Assembly (NCBI RefSeq): GCF_009914755.1
Contig: NC_060928.1
Length of the DNA: 64,000 bases
DNA from: the human T2T-CHM13v2.0 reference genome, Homo sapiens
Reading direction: 5' to 3' (one strand)
Shown: piece by piece, positions 35,191-48,311 of the stretch
How the letters are laid out: the number at the start of each line of letters is the position of its first letter
Position numbering within the stretch: the stretch's first letter is position 1
Program-made: the position numbers and the translations under genes
Notes under the pieces: generated by a model
What the model saw: only the letters and a program-made list of their open reading frames with translations
Databases searched by the model: none
Told to the model about the DNA's origin: nothing

Positions 35191-35744
35191 AGTCTAGGTC
35201 TTCTAATAACATTGACTGTTATGACAGCAAATAGATTTTGCCAGGTTATTAAGATAAGATAGAAGCAAGGAAAAATGACTGAATATTTACAACTCTATTG
35301 TCTGGGAGAATTAACTCAAGACCCAGATAATGAAAAACTAGTAAACATTTGTTGAGAGGATACTATGTGTCAGCCATGGTACTGCTTTACATATTTTTGT
35401 TATACTTCCTCTTAGAATTATGTATGGGTCCTATATAGCACTTATAAAAATTATCATAAACTAATTAACAGTGAGATTTATTAATATTTGTCTTCATTTT
35501 TATACCTTAACTCATTAAGGGCTAAGATAGCTTCAGTTCCTTTTCCAGTACATTTTCAAGAATAATGTGTCAAACTAAAATTTGGTTGCTAAGATATAAC
35601 TGCCAAGTTAAGACATTACTTATGTGCTCAGGGCAACCAATTTAAATACAGTTTTCTAAATCTTACATGTTATTATCTCAATGAGGTTGAAATATTTATC
35701 TTGAACCTTTAAAATTCAAAGTTAATAAGTAGAATATTTAATGC

Positions 35745-37525
35745 AGAAAGTACAGAATACAAGACCTGAAACTATAAAACTCTTAAAAGAAAATACAGGA
35801 AAAAGCTCCTTGACATTGACCTTGGCAATGATTTTTTGGCTATGAAACAAAGCATAAGTAATAAAGGCAAAAATAGACAAGTAGGATTAAATCAAGCTAA
35901 AAAGCTTATGCACACCACAGGAAACAGTCAACAAAATCCTAACCTATGATACGGAAGATATTTGCAAACCTTGTATCTGATAACAGGCTAATATCTGAAA
36001 TATATATAAAAATATCCCTACAACTCAGCGCCAAAAAAAAAAAAAAAAAAAAACACCCTGAATCACCCAATTTTAAAAATGGGCAAAGGATCTGAAGAGA
36101 CATTTTTCAAGAGACAATAAATTGGACAACAGCTGTAGGAAAATATATTCATTATCACTGATCATAATAGAAATAGAAATTAAAACCACAATGAGATATT
36201 AATTCATGCCTGTTAAGATGGCTATTATAAAAAAAGATAAGTGTTAGTGATGGGATAGAGGAAAGCGAACCTTAGGACACTGATAGTGGGAAATTAAATT
36301 GGTACAAATATTACGGAACACAGAATTTGGATGCCTCAAAAATTTAAAACTGGAACTACCATATTATCCAGGAATATCACTTCTAGGTATACACCCAAAA
36401 GAAATGGGACAGCTGCATTCCCATGTTTATTATAGCATTATTCACAATGGCCAGGATATGAAAGAAGCCAGTTTCCATAACAAATGAATAGTGTTATTGT
36501 TTATATATGGCTTGTTTGTTTTTCTCCACCAAATCTCATGGTGAAATGTGATCCCCAGTGCCATTGTGTTGGGGGCGAGACCTAATAGGAGGTATTTGGA
36601 TCATGGGGGCAGATTCCTCATGAATATATTAACGACTTCTTTTGAGGATGAAGGAGTTCTTGTTCTATTAGTTCCCATGACAGCTGGTTATTTTTTTAAA
36701 AGCCTGGCATCTACCCATCTCTCTCTTGCTTCCTCTCACACCAGGTGATCTCTGCACACGCTGGCTCCATTTTGCCTTCCATCATGAGTAGAAGCAGCCC
36801 AAGGCCTTCACCACATTTCCTATCTTGAACCTTCCAGCAAGAAGAATCATGAACCAAATAAACTGCTTTTCTTTATAAACTATTCAGCTTCATGTATTCC
36901 TTTACAGCAACACTAAATGGACTAAGACAAATTGATAAAGAAAATGTGATATCTATACATCTCTCTGTCTATAAAGATAAGATACCAATTACAATGGAAC
37001 ATTGTTCAGCCATAAAAAGAAGAAAATTCTGGAATTTCAGATGTCATGGATGAATCTGGAGGAAATTATGCAAAGAAAAATAAGCTAGACACAGAAAGAC
37101 AAATACTATATAATCTCACTTATACGTGGAATCTGAAAAGTTGAACTCGGAAGCAGAGACTGAATGGTAGTTGCCAGGGGCTGGGAGCAGGGAGAAGAGA
37201 ATTGAAAGAAGGAAACGGGAGATATTGGTCAAAGAGACAAACATTCAGTTATAAGGTGAATAAGTTCTGGAGATCTAATATATATAGCATGGTAACGATC
37301 ATTAATTATACCATATTGTATACTTGAAATTTGCTGAAAGTAAATCTTAAGGGTTCTCAACAAATACATACAAAAAAAAGATCACCTTACATTACTATGA
37401 AAGATGATGGATGTGTTAACTAGCTTGATTTTGGTAATCATTTCACACTGTATATGTATATCAAGTCATGTTATACACCTTAAATATATACCGTTTTGTA
37501 TGTGGATTACCTCAATAAAGCTGTG
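35745..37525 (+). mobile_element. L1MA/L1MB 3' region, interrupted by an MST LTR
   Basis: ORF2 C-terminal peptide (LKNLKLELPYYPGISLLGIHPKE); 3'UTR ending TACCTCAATAAAGCTG. Confidence 0.85.
36492..36929 (+). mobile_element. MaLR solo LTR (MSTB-like)
   Basis: CCACCAAATCTCATG..GAAATGTGATCCCC...AATAAA...ATGGACTAAGACA; 5-bp TSD AATAG/AATTG. Confidence 0.88.
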
Positions 37526-37589
37526 GGGTGAGGAAAGATTTGAAAAATATAATATTATAAGCCCTAAAACTTTGAGTAAAGCTTTGAGA

Positions 37590-38430
37590 TTCAAGATTTT
37601 CAAGGTCTGAAAAATAATGAATTCCTTTCATTAACATGTAAATTTTAGAATCAGCCTGTTGATTTTCACACACACACACACGCACACACACATACACATT
37701 GGAATTGTTTTGAAGCCATAGATCAATTTGAGAAGAACTGACAGATTTAAATATTGTGTTTTCCAGGCCATGAACATGTTATATAGCTCCATTTATTTGT
37801 GTCTTCCTTAGTTTTTTTTTTTCAGTAATTGTTCATACTTTTCTATATAGAAGTCATGCACAATTTTTGTAGTTATGTCCTTAGCTGTTCAGCATTTTTT
37901 ATGGTCTTATAATGCTATTTTTCAATAATTTCTCTTTGTTCATGGCATACACACACACACACACACACACACATAAAATTGATTCTTATGTGTTTACAGT
38001 ACATCCACTGACCTTTGCTTGATTCATTTATTTAGTCTAATAGGTTATATGTAGATGACTTTGGATTTTCTATGCATATAATCATGTCATCTGCAATAAC
38101 AATAGTTTTATTTCTCCTTTTGAATAATTTTACTTGAGGCAAACTGGTTTAAGATTGTCATAACTTCCTTTGGAATTGATCATTTTGACTTTATGAAGTG
38201 GCACCCTTTATGTCCATTAATACTTCTTACATTAAACTCTAATGAGTCTGGCATTAGCATAGCTATAGCATCTATCTTTTTAAACATTCTTATGGTATAT
38301 ATTTCCATCTTTTTACTCTCAATTTTAGGTATATAATTGGAATATATGTATATATGTGGGTAGCATATAGTTGGGCTTTATTTTTAAAATCCAGTTTGAC
38401 AAAATTTATCTTGGAGTTTTATTTCATTTG
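37590..38430 (-). mobile_element. Old L1M fragments with two (CA)n tracts (about 37667-37698 and 37949-37972)
   Basis: AATTTTAGAATCAGC, CATGAACATG...CCATTTATTT and ATAATCATGTCATCTGCAA antisense ORF2 motifs. Confidence 0.7.
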
Positions 38431-39099
38431 TAGGTAATATAAATACTGATATACTTGTAGTTGCCTTTAATTTTGACATGTAGCATATCTCAAATAAAGA
38501 ATTCTGAACATAGAACAATAGTACAAAATACATTTCTAAGTATTTAGAGGCATAACTCTTCTACTAGAAAAGACTAAACCCAGAGTAAGAGAGAGAGAGA
38601 GAGAGAGATCTTCCACAGATATGCAAGTATGAAGAGGAGGTTATATATAAAGAGAGCCAGCCATAAACACTGTTTTCCAAGTAGGCTCAGGAAGGCACCT
38701 TTTGACTGCATATTACAAATTCATAAAGAATACTTGAGCTGGGCTCAAATGGAAAGACAAATTTCAATATCACCTAGATCTCACAAAAGCAGAGCATTCC
38801 ATGTCTTGTTTCAAGGTTGAGAAGTTGCTGCTATTAGTTTGCGTTCTCCCCTTCCCCAGTTGGATGAAAGTTGTAAATGTTAGGGAGAGGTAAATTATAG
38901 TTTTGATGCATGATCACCCACACTGACAAATCAAAATGGTACCTTGCTATTTCCCTAGTCTAGTATGTAAAAATATACTACATCGAAGGAATATTTAGTA
39001 TTAGTAAGAAAAATAAATATGAGAAATACAGATCCAAGCCCAAGAGAAATTTTAGTGAGATCAATTCCTCACATAATCTAATACCTAGAACCCTTACGT

Positions 39100-39363
39100 G
39101 AGAGGCTGTATAGTATAGAGGTCTAGAGTTTACTACATGTCCAAGATTAGGCTATGGAAACCAACTCTTAGGTATGCTACTTACCAAATCTATGAGTTAA
39201 AGACAAATCCTAAAATTTTTGTTGACTCAGTTTCCTCATCTGTGAAATGAGAAACAATAACAGAAACTACTATGTAAGGTAATGTGGAGATTAAATTGCA
39301 TCTAAAGCAATTGGAAAACTGCCCAGCAGATATAGCAAGTGTTCAAAATGGTTATTATTGTCG

Positions 39364-39395
<32 letters not shown>
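39100..39395 (+). repeat. MIR followed by a (CAT)n trinucleotide tract (about 39362-39395)
   Basis: CTCAGTTTCCTCATCTGTGAAATGAG MIR core; CAT repeats read directly. Confidence 0.8.
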
Positions 39396-39396
<1 letters not shown>

Positions 39397-39899
39397 CTGT
39401 GATCACCTAAGTATCCGTCCATCTTTCATAAGTTTCAGGTATATAAACAGCAGTGCTTCTAAGTTTCAAATTACACCTCATTGTTGATGCTCTCTCAACA
39501 ACAGTACAAAAGATAGTCATCGTACCACCATCAATGCATGGAAGGAACCATAAGCACAATATTATATATTCAGTCAGCCTTTACTATTGACAATCAGCTT
39601 GAACAATCAGCTTTTCTATTCCTAAGACAGGATAGCTATAGAGAAAAGAGACTTAAATATGAAAGCTGTCCACATCTATTTCAAGGACAAAAAAGACACT
39701 CTTTCAGCTCTCTACTCATATTGCAGCAATGCACAGGAATTGGACACAAAAAATCGGCAAAGAGTCTTTTATATTTTGTCGTATATTCTCAGGACATGGA
39801 TTTAAGCTGTAATTCAAATTTATTTCTCATACTGCACATATGCTTATATTTGTTATAAAATTGAAAATGACAGAAGATTGTGGGTTATACTTCAAAGAT

Positions 39900-40810
39900 A
39901 AATTTTTAAAAAATACAATGCATTATAATTTTTATAGTCAGTATTCTGTGTAATAGATCCCTAAAGATTTTTCCTCCTCTCTTCTGGAAACTGTACCTTT
40001 TGATCAACATCTCTCCTATCTCCATCACCTTCCCCTCCCCAAGTCTCTCGTAAGACCTCTACCCTCTACTTCCAGGAGTTCAACTTTTTTTTCAATTCTA
40101 CATATAAATGGGGTCATACTGTATTTGTCTTTGTGTGCCAGCTTTTTTCACTTAGCATAATGTCCTCCAGGTTCATCCATGCTGTTGTAAATGACATGAT
40201 TTCCCCCTTTTACAAGGCTGAGTAATACTTCATTAGGTATGTATACCAAACTTTACTCATTCATCTGATGATGGAGAGGTTGCTTCCATGTCTTGGCTAT
40301 TGTGAATAATGCTGCAATAAACATGGGAGTGCAAATATCTCCTCAGCATACTGATTTCAATTCCCTTGGTCATATACCCAGAAAGGGGATTACTGGAACA
40401 TATGATAGTTCTATTTTCTAAGGAACCTCCATAACGGTTTTCATCATAACTATATTAATTTACTTTCCTACCAATAATGTACAAAGGTTTCCTTTTCTCC
40501 ACCTCCTCGCCAACACTTAACATCTCTTGTTTTTTGGTAATACCCATTCTAACAGGTGTGTGATAATATTTCATTATGGTTTTCATTTGCATTTTCCTGA
40601 TGACCAGCGATGAAAAGCATAGTGTCTTGTATCTGATGACCATTTGTATATCCTCTTTTGAAATGTATCTATTTAGTTTCTTTGCACATTTTTTGATTGG
40701 GTTTTGTTTCCTTGCTATTCAGTTGTTTGAATTCCTGATATATTTTTGATATTAGCCCTTATCAGACGTATGCTTTGCAAATATTTTCTCCCAATCCATG
40801 GGTTGTCTAT
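39900..40810 (-). mobile_element. L1MA 3' end
   Basis: TTTTCACTTAGCATAATGTCCTCCAGGTTCATCCATG; CTTGGCTATTGTGAATAATGCTGCAATAAACATGGGAGTGCA. Confidence 0.9.
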
Positions 40811-42282
40811 TCAGAGGTCAATATTTTTATTTCTAATTATATGGAGTTTATAAATTATCTAGACGCAAAATTATATATTTGTTTTACTTGTTTGGCATTT
40901 ACTGTGTTATTTTTATTTTTCTCATTTTTGCAATAAATATTTACAGTCCTTATACCTTGTTTTGGAGCTAGGAGGAAAACTTTATTAAGTCATCCAAGAC
41001 AGAATTAGAGTGACCATCAATATGAAGACTCCTTCCCACAGGATAGGCAGAAACTCAAACTTACAAAAGATACAGAAAAAAAAATCTATCCTTTACAACA
41101 ATCCAAATTATTTTAAACTCATTTTTAACTTAACTTTCCACAAACAATATATTTTCCATATTTTCTAAAGGTCTATTGGGGGAGCCAGAGTCTGTGTAAT
41201 ATGCTCAGTCCATCATCTTGAAACAATTCCAAAAAAACATATCTTCATTTTCTAAACTCCTAATTTATCTACTTTTCATATGGCATTTGCCACTCTCTAC
41301 CTTGTGCTTCAATTATCTGAGCCATTGTCCTCTCTCCCCTACTAGCTCCTATAGTGACAAGTAGACATGGCCATAGAGATGCAAGGTGAGCAGTTGTGTT
41401 TATTAAACCTTCATTACGTTCAAGAAACATCACATATATTATGTAGCTTAAGTGTTTTATAAAACATTAAATTAGTATTAATGTTGTTTTGTTACACAGA
41501 TGAGAAAACTGAAGCCCAGAGAAATTATAGTACATTACTTTGTGTTTCTCTGATTTCAATGCTCTAAATCTTTCCACGAGGCAGAGACTGGATTTATTTT
41601 TGAATCCTCCACAGAGCTGAGCATAAATCTTCATCCATAGAAATTCTCAATAAATGAAAGAAGGTAAACATCTTGATGATACTCTTACTTTATACATCAA
41701 ATAACACTTGTCACCTGTGTTCTCTGGAAAGTTGGAAACTTATTTTTATAAATGGCTATGCTGTGATCACACACACACAAAAAACATTTTTTTTTTAAAA
41801 AAAATGTATCTAGAGTGCAGGATGAATAAGGTTAAAGCACATTAGCAATGCTTGAATACTTGAAAGAGTCAGAACTTTAAATATTTCCTTTTAATTATGT
41901 ATTTAACCTATATATATATAAATGTAAACAAATAAAGAAATAATCTTTATCCTTACCGACTATAACTCACTTATAATCTAAAATACAATGGAATTGATTT
42001 GTTTTGATTGAGAAATTCAGTTAGTTAACAAAGGCTGATTTCACACCTGTTGTGTGGTCTACAGTGTAGACTCTGCTACTTGAAGACTAAGAAAAGACTT
42101 TCTAAACATGCATGTTGCTAGTAAACACTACCTTCTAACACCTTTACCAAACAGATGACTGCATGGGCCTTTAAAATATACAAATTATGTTCAAATGAAT
42201 AAACACCACAGAATTAACCTATTTTAGTAAAACAGGTTTATTCTACACAAACATTTTATATCTGCTGTAATAAATCATACTT

Positions 42283-42650
42283 TATGCCAGCTGACATGTT
42301 GTGAGCTGCCTACGGGGAGCCCACATGGCAAGTACCAGAAGGAGGACCCTGGCCAGCAGCCAGCAAGAGACTGAGGCCCTCAGAACAACAGCCTGTGAGG
42401 AACTGAAGCCTGACAACCACCAAGAATGAGTTTGGAAGGATCCTCTCCCAGTTACGTCTTCAGATAAGACTGAAGCTCCTGCCAACACTTAAACTGCAGC
42501 ACTATAAGAAACTTTGAGGCAGAAAACCCAGCGAGGTAGGTGTGCTCTGATTCTTAACTCAGAGAAATGATCTGATCAGAAATATTCATTTTTTTCAAAC
42601 CAGTAAGATTTGATGTAATGTGTTGCACACCAAAACAGTCTGTACTGACT
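42283..42650 (+). mobile_element. MaLR LTR, 3' part (MLT1E/F-like)
   Basis: CATGTTGTGAGCTGCCT..GCCCACATGGCAAG...CAGCCAGCAAG..ACTGAGGCCCTCAG. Confidence 0.75.
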
Positions 42651-42779
42651 GTAATACAGTTGGTAACAGAAAATAACTGAACAGGGGCAAAAATAAATAT
42701 CCTCTTTCAAACAATGATTCATAAAACTGTTTGCAAAATACATACACACCCACGAACACACATACACACACACAAACAC

Positions 42780-43000
42780 ACCACAGTAGAGTGATTAAGA
42801 GCATAAATTCTGGAGCCAAAATGCTAGGTATAAACCCCAGTCCTGCTACATACAGCTGTGTGTCCTGGTAAAGATGTTTTAACCCCTCTCTGTTTCCTCA
42901 TCTACAAAATAGAAAAAGCAACAGCAACATTTTCTCTGATTTGTAGTAAGGATCAATGTGCTTAGAACATGACCGTACACTGTAATCACAATATAAATGT
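42780..43000 (+). mobile_element. MIR
   Basis: GTGATTAAGAGCATAAATTCTGGAGCCA...TGTTTCCTCATCTACAAAATAG. Confidence 0.75.
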
Positions 43001-45970
43001 GAGCCATTCCCATTATTTTGGCAGCTAGTATTGTGCCTGCCATATAACTCTTGGTCAATAAACATACATGTCCCCCTACAGTCACATTTGATCAACCTAA
43101 CATAATTGATTCCCTGAGAAGCAATTAGTTCTGAAGCTAAAGCATATCCCATGGTCTAAACTCAATATACCTTTGAGTAGAATTCTGAATTGAATTTTTT
43201 TATTGAAACTTCTGCTCACACCAGTTGAGAGCTTAATTTTATCATCTAGGCAATCTGAGCAGGTGGCTGATTTCTGAAGCAGCCTTTCTACAAAATCAAT
43301 GAAGCAAAAGAAAGGAGTGAGAAGACTCACGAGAAAACACTCATAAGAAAATAAGATTTAGAGTTTATGTAAAGCAGCCTTCTTCCAAAACAGGATTATT
43401 GGTAGGGTGGGAACAAAAGTAGGAAAGAGTAGAATCAGGTCAATGAAATTTTTATGTGTTGTATACTGACATTTTTACCAGAAATTTTTTTTAACGCAAA
43501 GCAGGGCATGCTTTTCATTGACTTTTCCTCCATCACTCTCATTGTTTCCTCTTCTTAATGAGAAAACAACTATTGCACTGCACAAATATCAGCCTAGATG
43601 GGGATGGAGACCCATCGAAAGGTGGAAATGCTTCTTAAGCCTTAGAGAAGCATCCACAAGGACCAAGCTCAGGGTAGACTCTTATCTAAACCTTGTGGGT
43701 GTGTGAATTTCAAGCCACAAGTCTTGTGAGAACAGATTGAGGCACCGCATTCCTGGTATTCCTCTCCAGTGGGACCAGAAATACCCAGGGTGAAAGTTTC
43801 TCATGTGCTTCTTGCCAAAATACTACACTCCAAACTCCCACAGTACTCCCTTCTGCAATGAATTCTAATTTGTTTCAAAAATAAATCTAGTGCTTACATG
43901 GGGGGAAAAAAAAACTCCTCTCTGCTCAATGATATTGAGGTGCAGAATCAAAATGAGGTTCAAAAAATAATAGTCCAGAAGATAAAATCTTTGGTAATTT
44001 GAATCTTATTGTAGTAAATATCTTCTGGGTAAAGGTTTTTTTTTCTTTTTTTAAGTTTCCTATTGAATGACTTCTCCAGGAGTCTGCCACAGAGTATATA
44101 GGCAACAACTACCTCATTTCTAGGTCAGCAGAGATTCTCTGCATATACAGAGAAAGTCGGCATCCAAGTCCCAGCATCTGTCTGTCATTAGGCAGACCTG
44201 TGCTTAAAGCCACAAAGAGAGTAAATGATTTTCATCGTCAAAACCTAAAATAATCTAGAAGCAGCCTAATGAAAATCAGTCAGCTGTGCTGATTATTTTA
44301 ATGTGCTTTTGGTGTAATTTTTATGGGAAATAAATGTATTAGAAGAAATCCTGAAAGTATTTTTGTAGGAAGTTGCTTATATTGTCTATTAATATGAGGA
44401 TGAGGAAGAAGTGGAAAAAGGGGAACATTAGCAATTGCTCAAGAGGGTAATGCAAACTTTAAAGCAATAAATTATAACCAATTTTACATTGTTTATGATT
44501 AGGAAGGCAAATAACCAAAAACAATGGACTCTTCTCTTAGAGAACAGGATAGACTTTATCGAGTGAGTTGAAATGCATTACAGAGTTCTGCTATCCAATA
44601 AAACATACTACACCAACTGGCAGGGCACAGGAAATGCTCCCAATCCAAGCTTGTCTTCAGTTAAAGGAATTTGACTTTAAGCCGCAAGCGTACATTATTT
44701 TTATAAAGGGTCTTAAAGAAATGGGATTAGTGATAAGACAGTCTGGTTTGCATCTGCATAGGATCTTCTTGTCCAGGTAAAGTGGACCATATGGAAGAAT
44801 GCTCTGGAACTCCTTAGACATTGAATTTCTCAGTTAAATACAAAGAATTTATTTTAGCTAATTAATTTAACCTCTTACCTTGTTATATTTTCATAAAGCT
44901 AATTTTAAAAAATCCTAGAAACTAACCTGATGTTATTGTCACCTATTATTTTGCCCACTATAATGCATAATGGACTGGCCAGTATACTTTTAGCAGCAAT
45001 AAAATGAGCTGAAAAAAAACCTATAAAATATATGGAGTGGAACATTGTTCCCTACAAGGACAAATGATGGCTATTACATTTTCCAAAAACTACTACTGTT
45101 GAATAACTCTTTGCAAAGTCGATTTTGGACCATCTCAGAAATGGTGCCTTTCCTTCTTTTCAACAGTAGGTAAGAATGATGCCTTAGGTTTCCCAGAAGG
45201 ACTAGCTGGAGTAGAATGCATCCAAATAGCAAAGTTACTTGCCAAAACATTGAAAGACTTCTGCTTGCAAAATGGGACTTTGCATGCGCTGTTTACTCTC
45301 TTTCCATGTGAATGGAGTTTCCAATCCAAGAAGTCCATTTGGATGCAACAAGTCACTAAAGAATAAAATCAGCGAGGTTGGTCTAAACATGTTTGTCTAT
45401 TGCATCTGATTGCAAATTATGTTTGCTTTATTTCATTGTATTCACTGTTCATATTGAGATTGCTTAAAGTCCAAATCTACAATACATTTGGAAGATTCCT
45501 AGACTTCTTTCACATTTTCCGTGTTAGCAAATGTTCCCTTTACCACACTCTTTCACACACACACCTGTAAGTGTAACTGCTCTTAAAATTGGAAAAGCTG
45601 AAAGAAAACAACTCCTTTTAGAAATGACCCAGGTCAGGAGGCTCCTGGTTTTTATTGCCACTTCAAAGCCAAACCAGATAAACTGGCTTAAGGTACTACT
45701 TTGGCATTGAACAGAATTCAATACAGCTGTCTGAGTAGCAGAAGCTTTGAGGTCATAGTAATTTTGCTTGAAAGGCTCACCCCTCCTCCATATATGGCCG
45801 AGTTGCTGTGCTTCCTGTTCTTTTGTGCCAAGAATTCCTCTCCTGTCCCCTGACCCAGCAGACTCAAGACTTCTAATTGTGCTGATAATTTCATTCCTCA
45901 TCTTTTCAGAAAGTCATGTGAGAGATTTAGCTCTGGTACTTAATTTAAACTGTTTATATTTCCTTTACAG

Positions 45971-46495
45971 TATGCTCCAACCAGCAGCGCGGACCGCAAG
46001 TGGAGCCCGGCAATTGGAAAGTTGCAAATGCCTGGATGCTACGTTTTGCATCTTCTTTAGATATCCTTGACTCATACATCCTGTCTGGGCTAATGTTGTT
46101 TTCTGCTTGCAGTGTGTCTGGAGTCTCAACAAGTGCCCAAGCCACCCTCAAAGGGTCACTCCTTGTTTCAAGAGCACTTGTGCTTGCCTTGACCTCTCTG
46201 TCGCTCTCTGATTCCACTTAGGAAGCTGCTTAGTTCCATTTTTCAACTGAAAAATTATCCTCTGCTTCAGGCCACTCTGTCATACTGTTTTGTGTAGTGT
46301 TTTAAAGCTAATTTGAACTAGGCAATGTCTTAGCCTTAGATATAGACAGATAATTTTCCAGATCAGACAAGCTATAGTAAAGCTTCAAAGGGAAAACTTT
46401 TATTCCTAAAGAGAATAGAAAACTCATCTGTGTTATTCATATTGTATTTAAGAAATGACCCAAGTTGAAAATAAATGTGACATGTGAAACTGAAT
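45971..46495 (+). ncRNA. Candidate terminal exon of a + strand lncRNA
   Basis: Acceptor TTTATATTTCCTTTACAG| at 45970; alternative acceptor CTAATGTTGTTTTCTGCTTGCAG| at 46112; AATAAA at 46470-46475; unique sequence with a CpG cluster. No transcript data. Confidence 0.35.
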
Positions 46496-47321
46496 ATCCA
46501 CTAATATTTCTGGTAGCTTCTGCAATTATGTCTAAAGTTTTCCATTTTACTGTTGAGCTTTTATAATAAATACAGGGACCAAGAATCATCTTCTGACAAT
46601 GAAGCAAGGGATCAGTTCAATTGAGACTATTAGGCAGAAGGGGGAAACTGGAAGAAATATATTAATCTTTTTCTTCTGAATGTCTACAATGTAATGCCAG
46701 ATTAAAACAAAACCAAATAAAACAAAAAAAGAAGCAGATGAACTTAAGAAGAAAGGTTATAAATACCCAAATGTTTAGGTACCATTATCATTACTTGTTC
46801 TTACATTTTAAACTGGTTATTTCTACAAACTATTTGGTGCACGTTTAAACTATTATCTTGAATTTTCAAGCAAAATTCCTCATATGAACATTATGTACCA
46901 ATAATTGATATTTTAATTGATCTAAGATTAAATATAAGTTAAAGATATTGATGGCTTCCAATTTTTGTCTTATTTTTAAGAAAGTTGGGTCCATATGAAC
47001 AGTCTTCTCAGTAACCAAAACTTGACATAAACTAAATATTTGCAAAGTTTCTAAAATTCAAAAGCATCATTGTTTGTTTTGTCTGGATTTTTTCTCAATT
47101 TTCCATGGGCTCCAGCACTTCCTGTCTCAACTTGTGACCAGAAAAGAAACTACCAAAATGAAGCAGGAAAGGTTGTTTCTATTTTGCAGTTGAATATGCC
47201 AGCCAGGAATCAGGGGGTATTAGCAATTTCATAGATTGTCCCAACTGGAAAACACAGATGTTGTCAAATGTTACACATGTAATAACTACATCCTTTGAAG
47301 TTTGGTCATAAGCAGTATTCA

Positions 47322-47420
47322 AGAGAGAGAAAGAGAGAAGGAAAGAAGGAAAGAAGGGAACGAAGGAAAGAACAAAGGAAAGAAGGAAGGAAGGAAGGAA
47401 TGAAGGAAGGAAGGAAGGAT
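47322..47420. repeat. GA-rich / (GGAA)n simple repeat
   Basis: Read directly: (GGAA)4-TGAA-(GGAA)3 at 47385-47416. Confidence 0.9.
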
Positions 47421-47708
47421 ATCAACATTCTAGAAGTAGAGCTGATGCACCCTGTGATAGGAGAAGTATACAGGGCAAGTTGATATGCCAAAACAGTGCG
47501 TAGGATTCCCTCACCTCATTGCCATGTGTTGAAGTTGGTTCACATAACACAGGGTTGTTCAAATGCTAGCTGATATTATATAATAAATCTATTCTTCAGC
47601 TACCAAATACAGCCTAATTTAATCATTTAATTATCTGCATTTAACTATGCAAAGATATTTCACCAACAAATAATTTTCTCTTAAAATGTCAAATATTTAA
47701 GTATTTAC

Positions 47709-48161
47709 TGTCAGGCCTCAGAGCCCAAGCTAAGCCATCGTATCCCCTGTGACTTGCACGTATATGCCCAGATGGCCTGAAGTAACTGAAGAATCACAAA
47801 AGAAGTGAATGTGCCCTGCCCCGCCTTAACTGATGACATTCCACCACAAAAGAAGTGTAAATGGCTGGTCCCTGACTTAAGTGATGACATTACCTTCTGG
47901 AAGTCCTTTTCCTGGCTCATCCTGGCACAAAAAGCACCCCCACTGAGCACCTTGCGACCCCCACTCCTGCCCGCCAGAGAACAAACCCCCTTTGACTATA
48001 ATTTCCCTTTACCTACCCAAATCCTATAAAACGGCCCCACCCTTATCTCCCTTAGCTGACTCTCTTTTCAGACTCAGCCCGCCTGCACCCAGGTGAAATA
48101 AACAGCCATGTTGCTCACACAAAGCCTGTTTGGTGGTCTCTTCACAAGGACGCGCAGGAAA
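47709..48161 (+). promoter_or_regulatory. LTR7: 5' LTR7 (LTR7up-like) promoter
   Basis: TGTCAGGCCTC...GCGCAGGAAA; two ACAAAAGAAG blocks (47796-47805, 47846-47855); GC/GT boxes GCCCCGCC and GGCCCCACCC; TATAAA 48025-48030; AATAAA 48097-48102. Confidence 0.95.
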
Positions 48162-48163
48162 TT

Positions 48164-48181
48164 TGGTGCCGTGACTCGGAT
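48164..48181 (+). other. Primer-binding site for tRNA-His
   Basis: TGGTGCCGTGACTCGGAT is the 18/18 complement of the tRNA-His(GUG) 3' end including CCA. Confidence 0.97.
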
Positions 48182-48302
48182 CAGGGGACCTCCCTTGGGA
48201 GATCAATCCCGTCCTCCTGTTCTTTGCTCCATAAGAAAGATCCACCTACGACCTCAGGTCCTCAGACCCACCAGCCCAAGGAACATCTCACCAATTTTAA
48301 AT

Positions 48303-48311
48303 CAGGTAAGC
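48303..48311 (+). promoter_or_regulatory. HERV-H major splice donor
   Basis: CAG|GTAAGC at 48305/48306, at the expected leader position. Confidence 0.85.

Noticed and set aside
39284-39487. Poly-His ORF
   Set aside because: Artefact of the (CAT)n microsatellite at a MIR tail.
45954-46217. 87-aa minus-strand ORF MESESDRE...
   Set aside because: It starts at GTG, has no recognisable homology, and the local splice and poly(A) signals point to the + strand.
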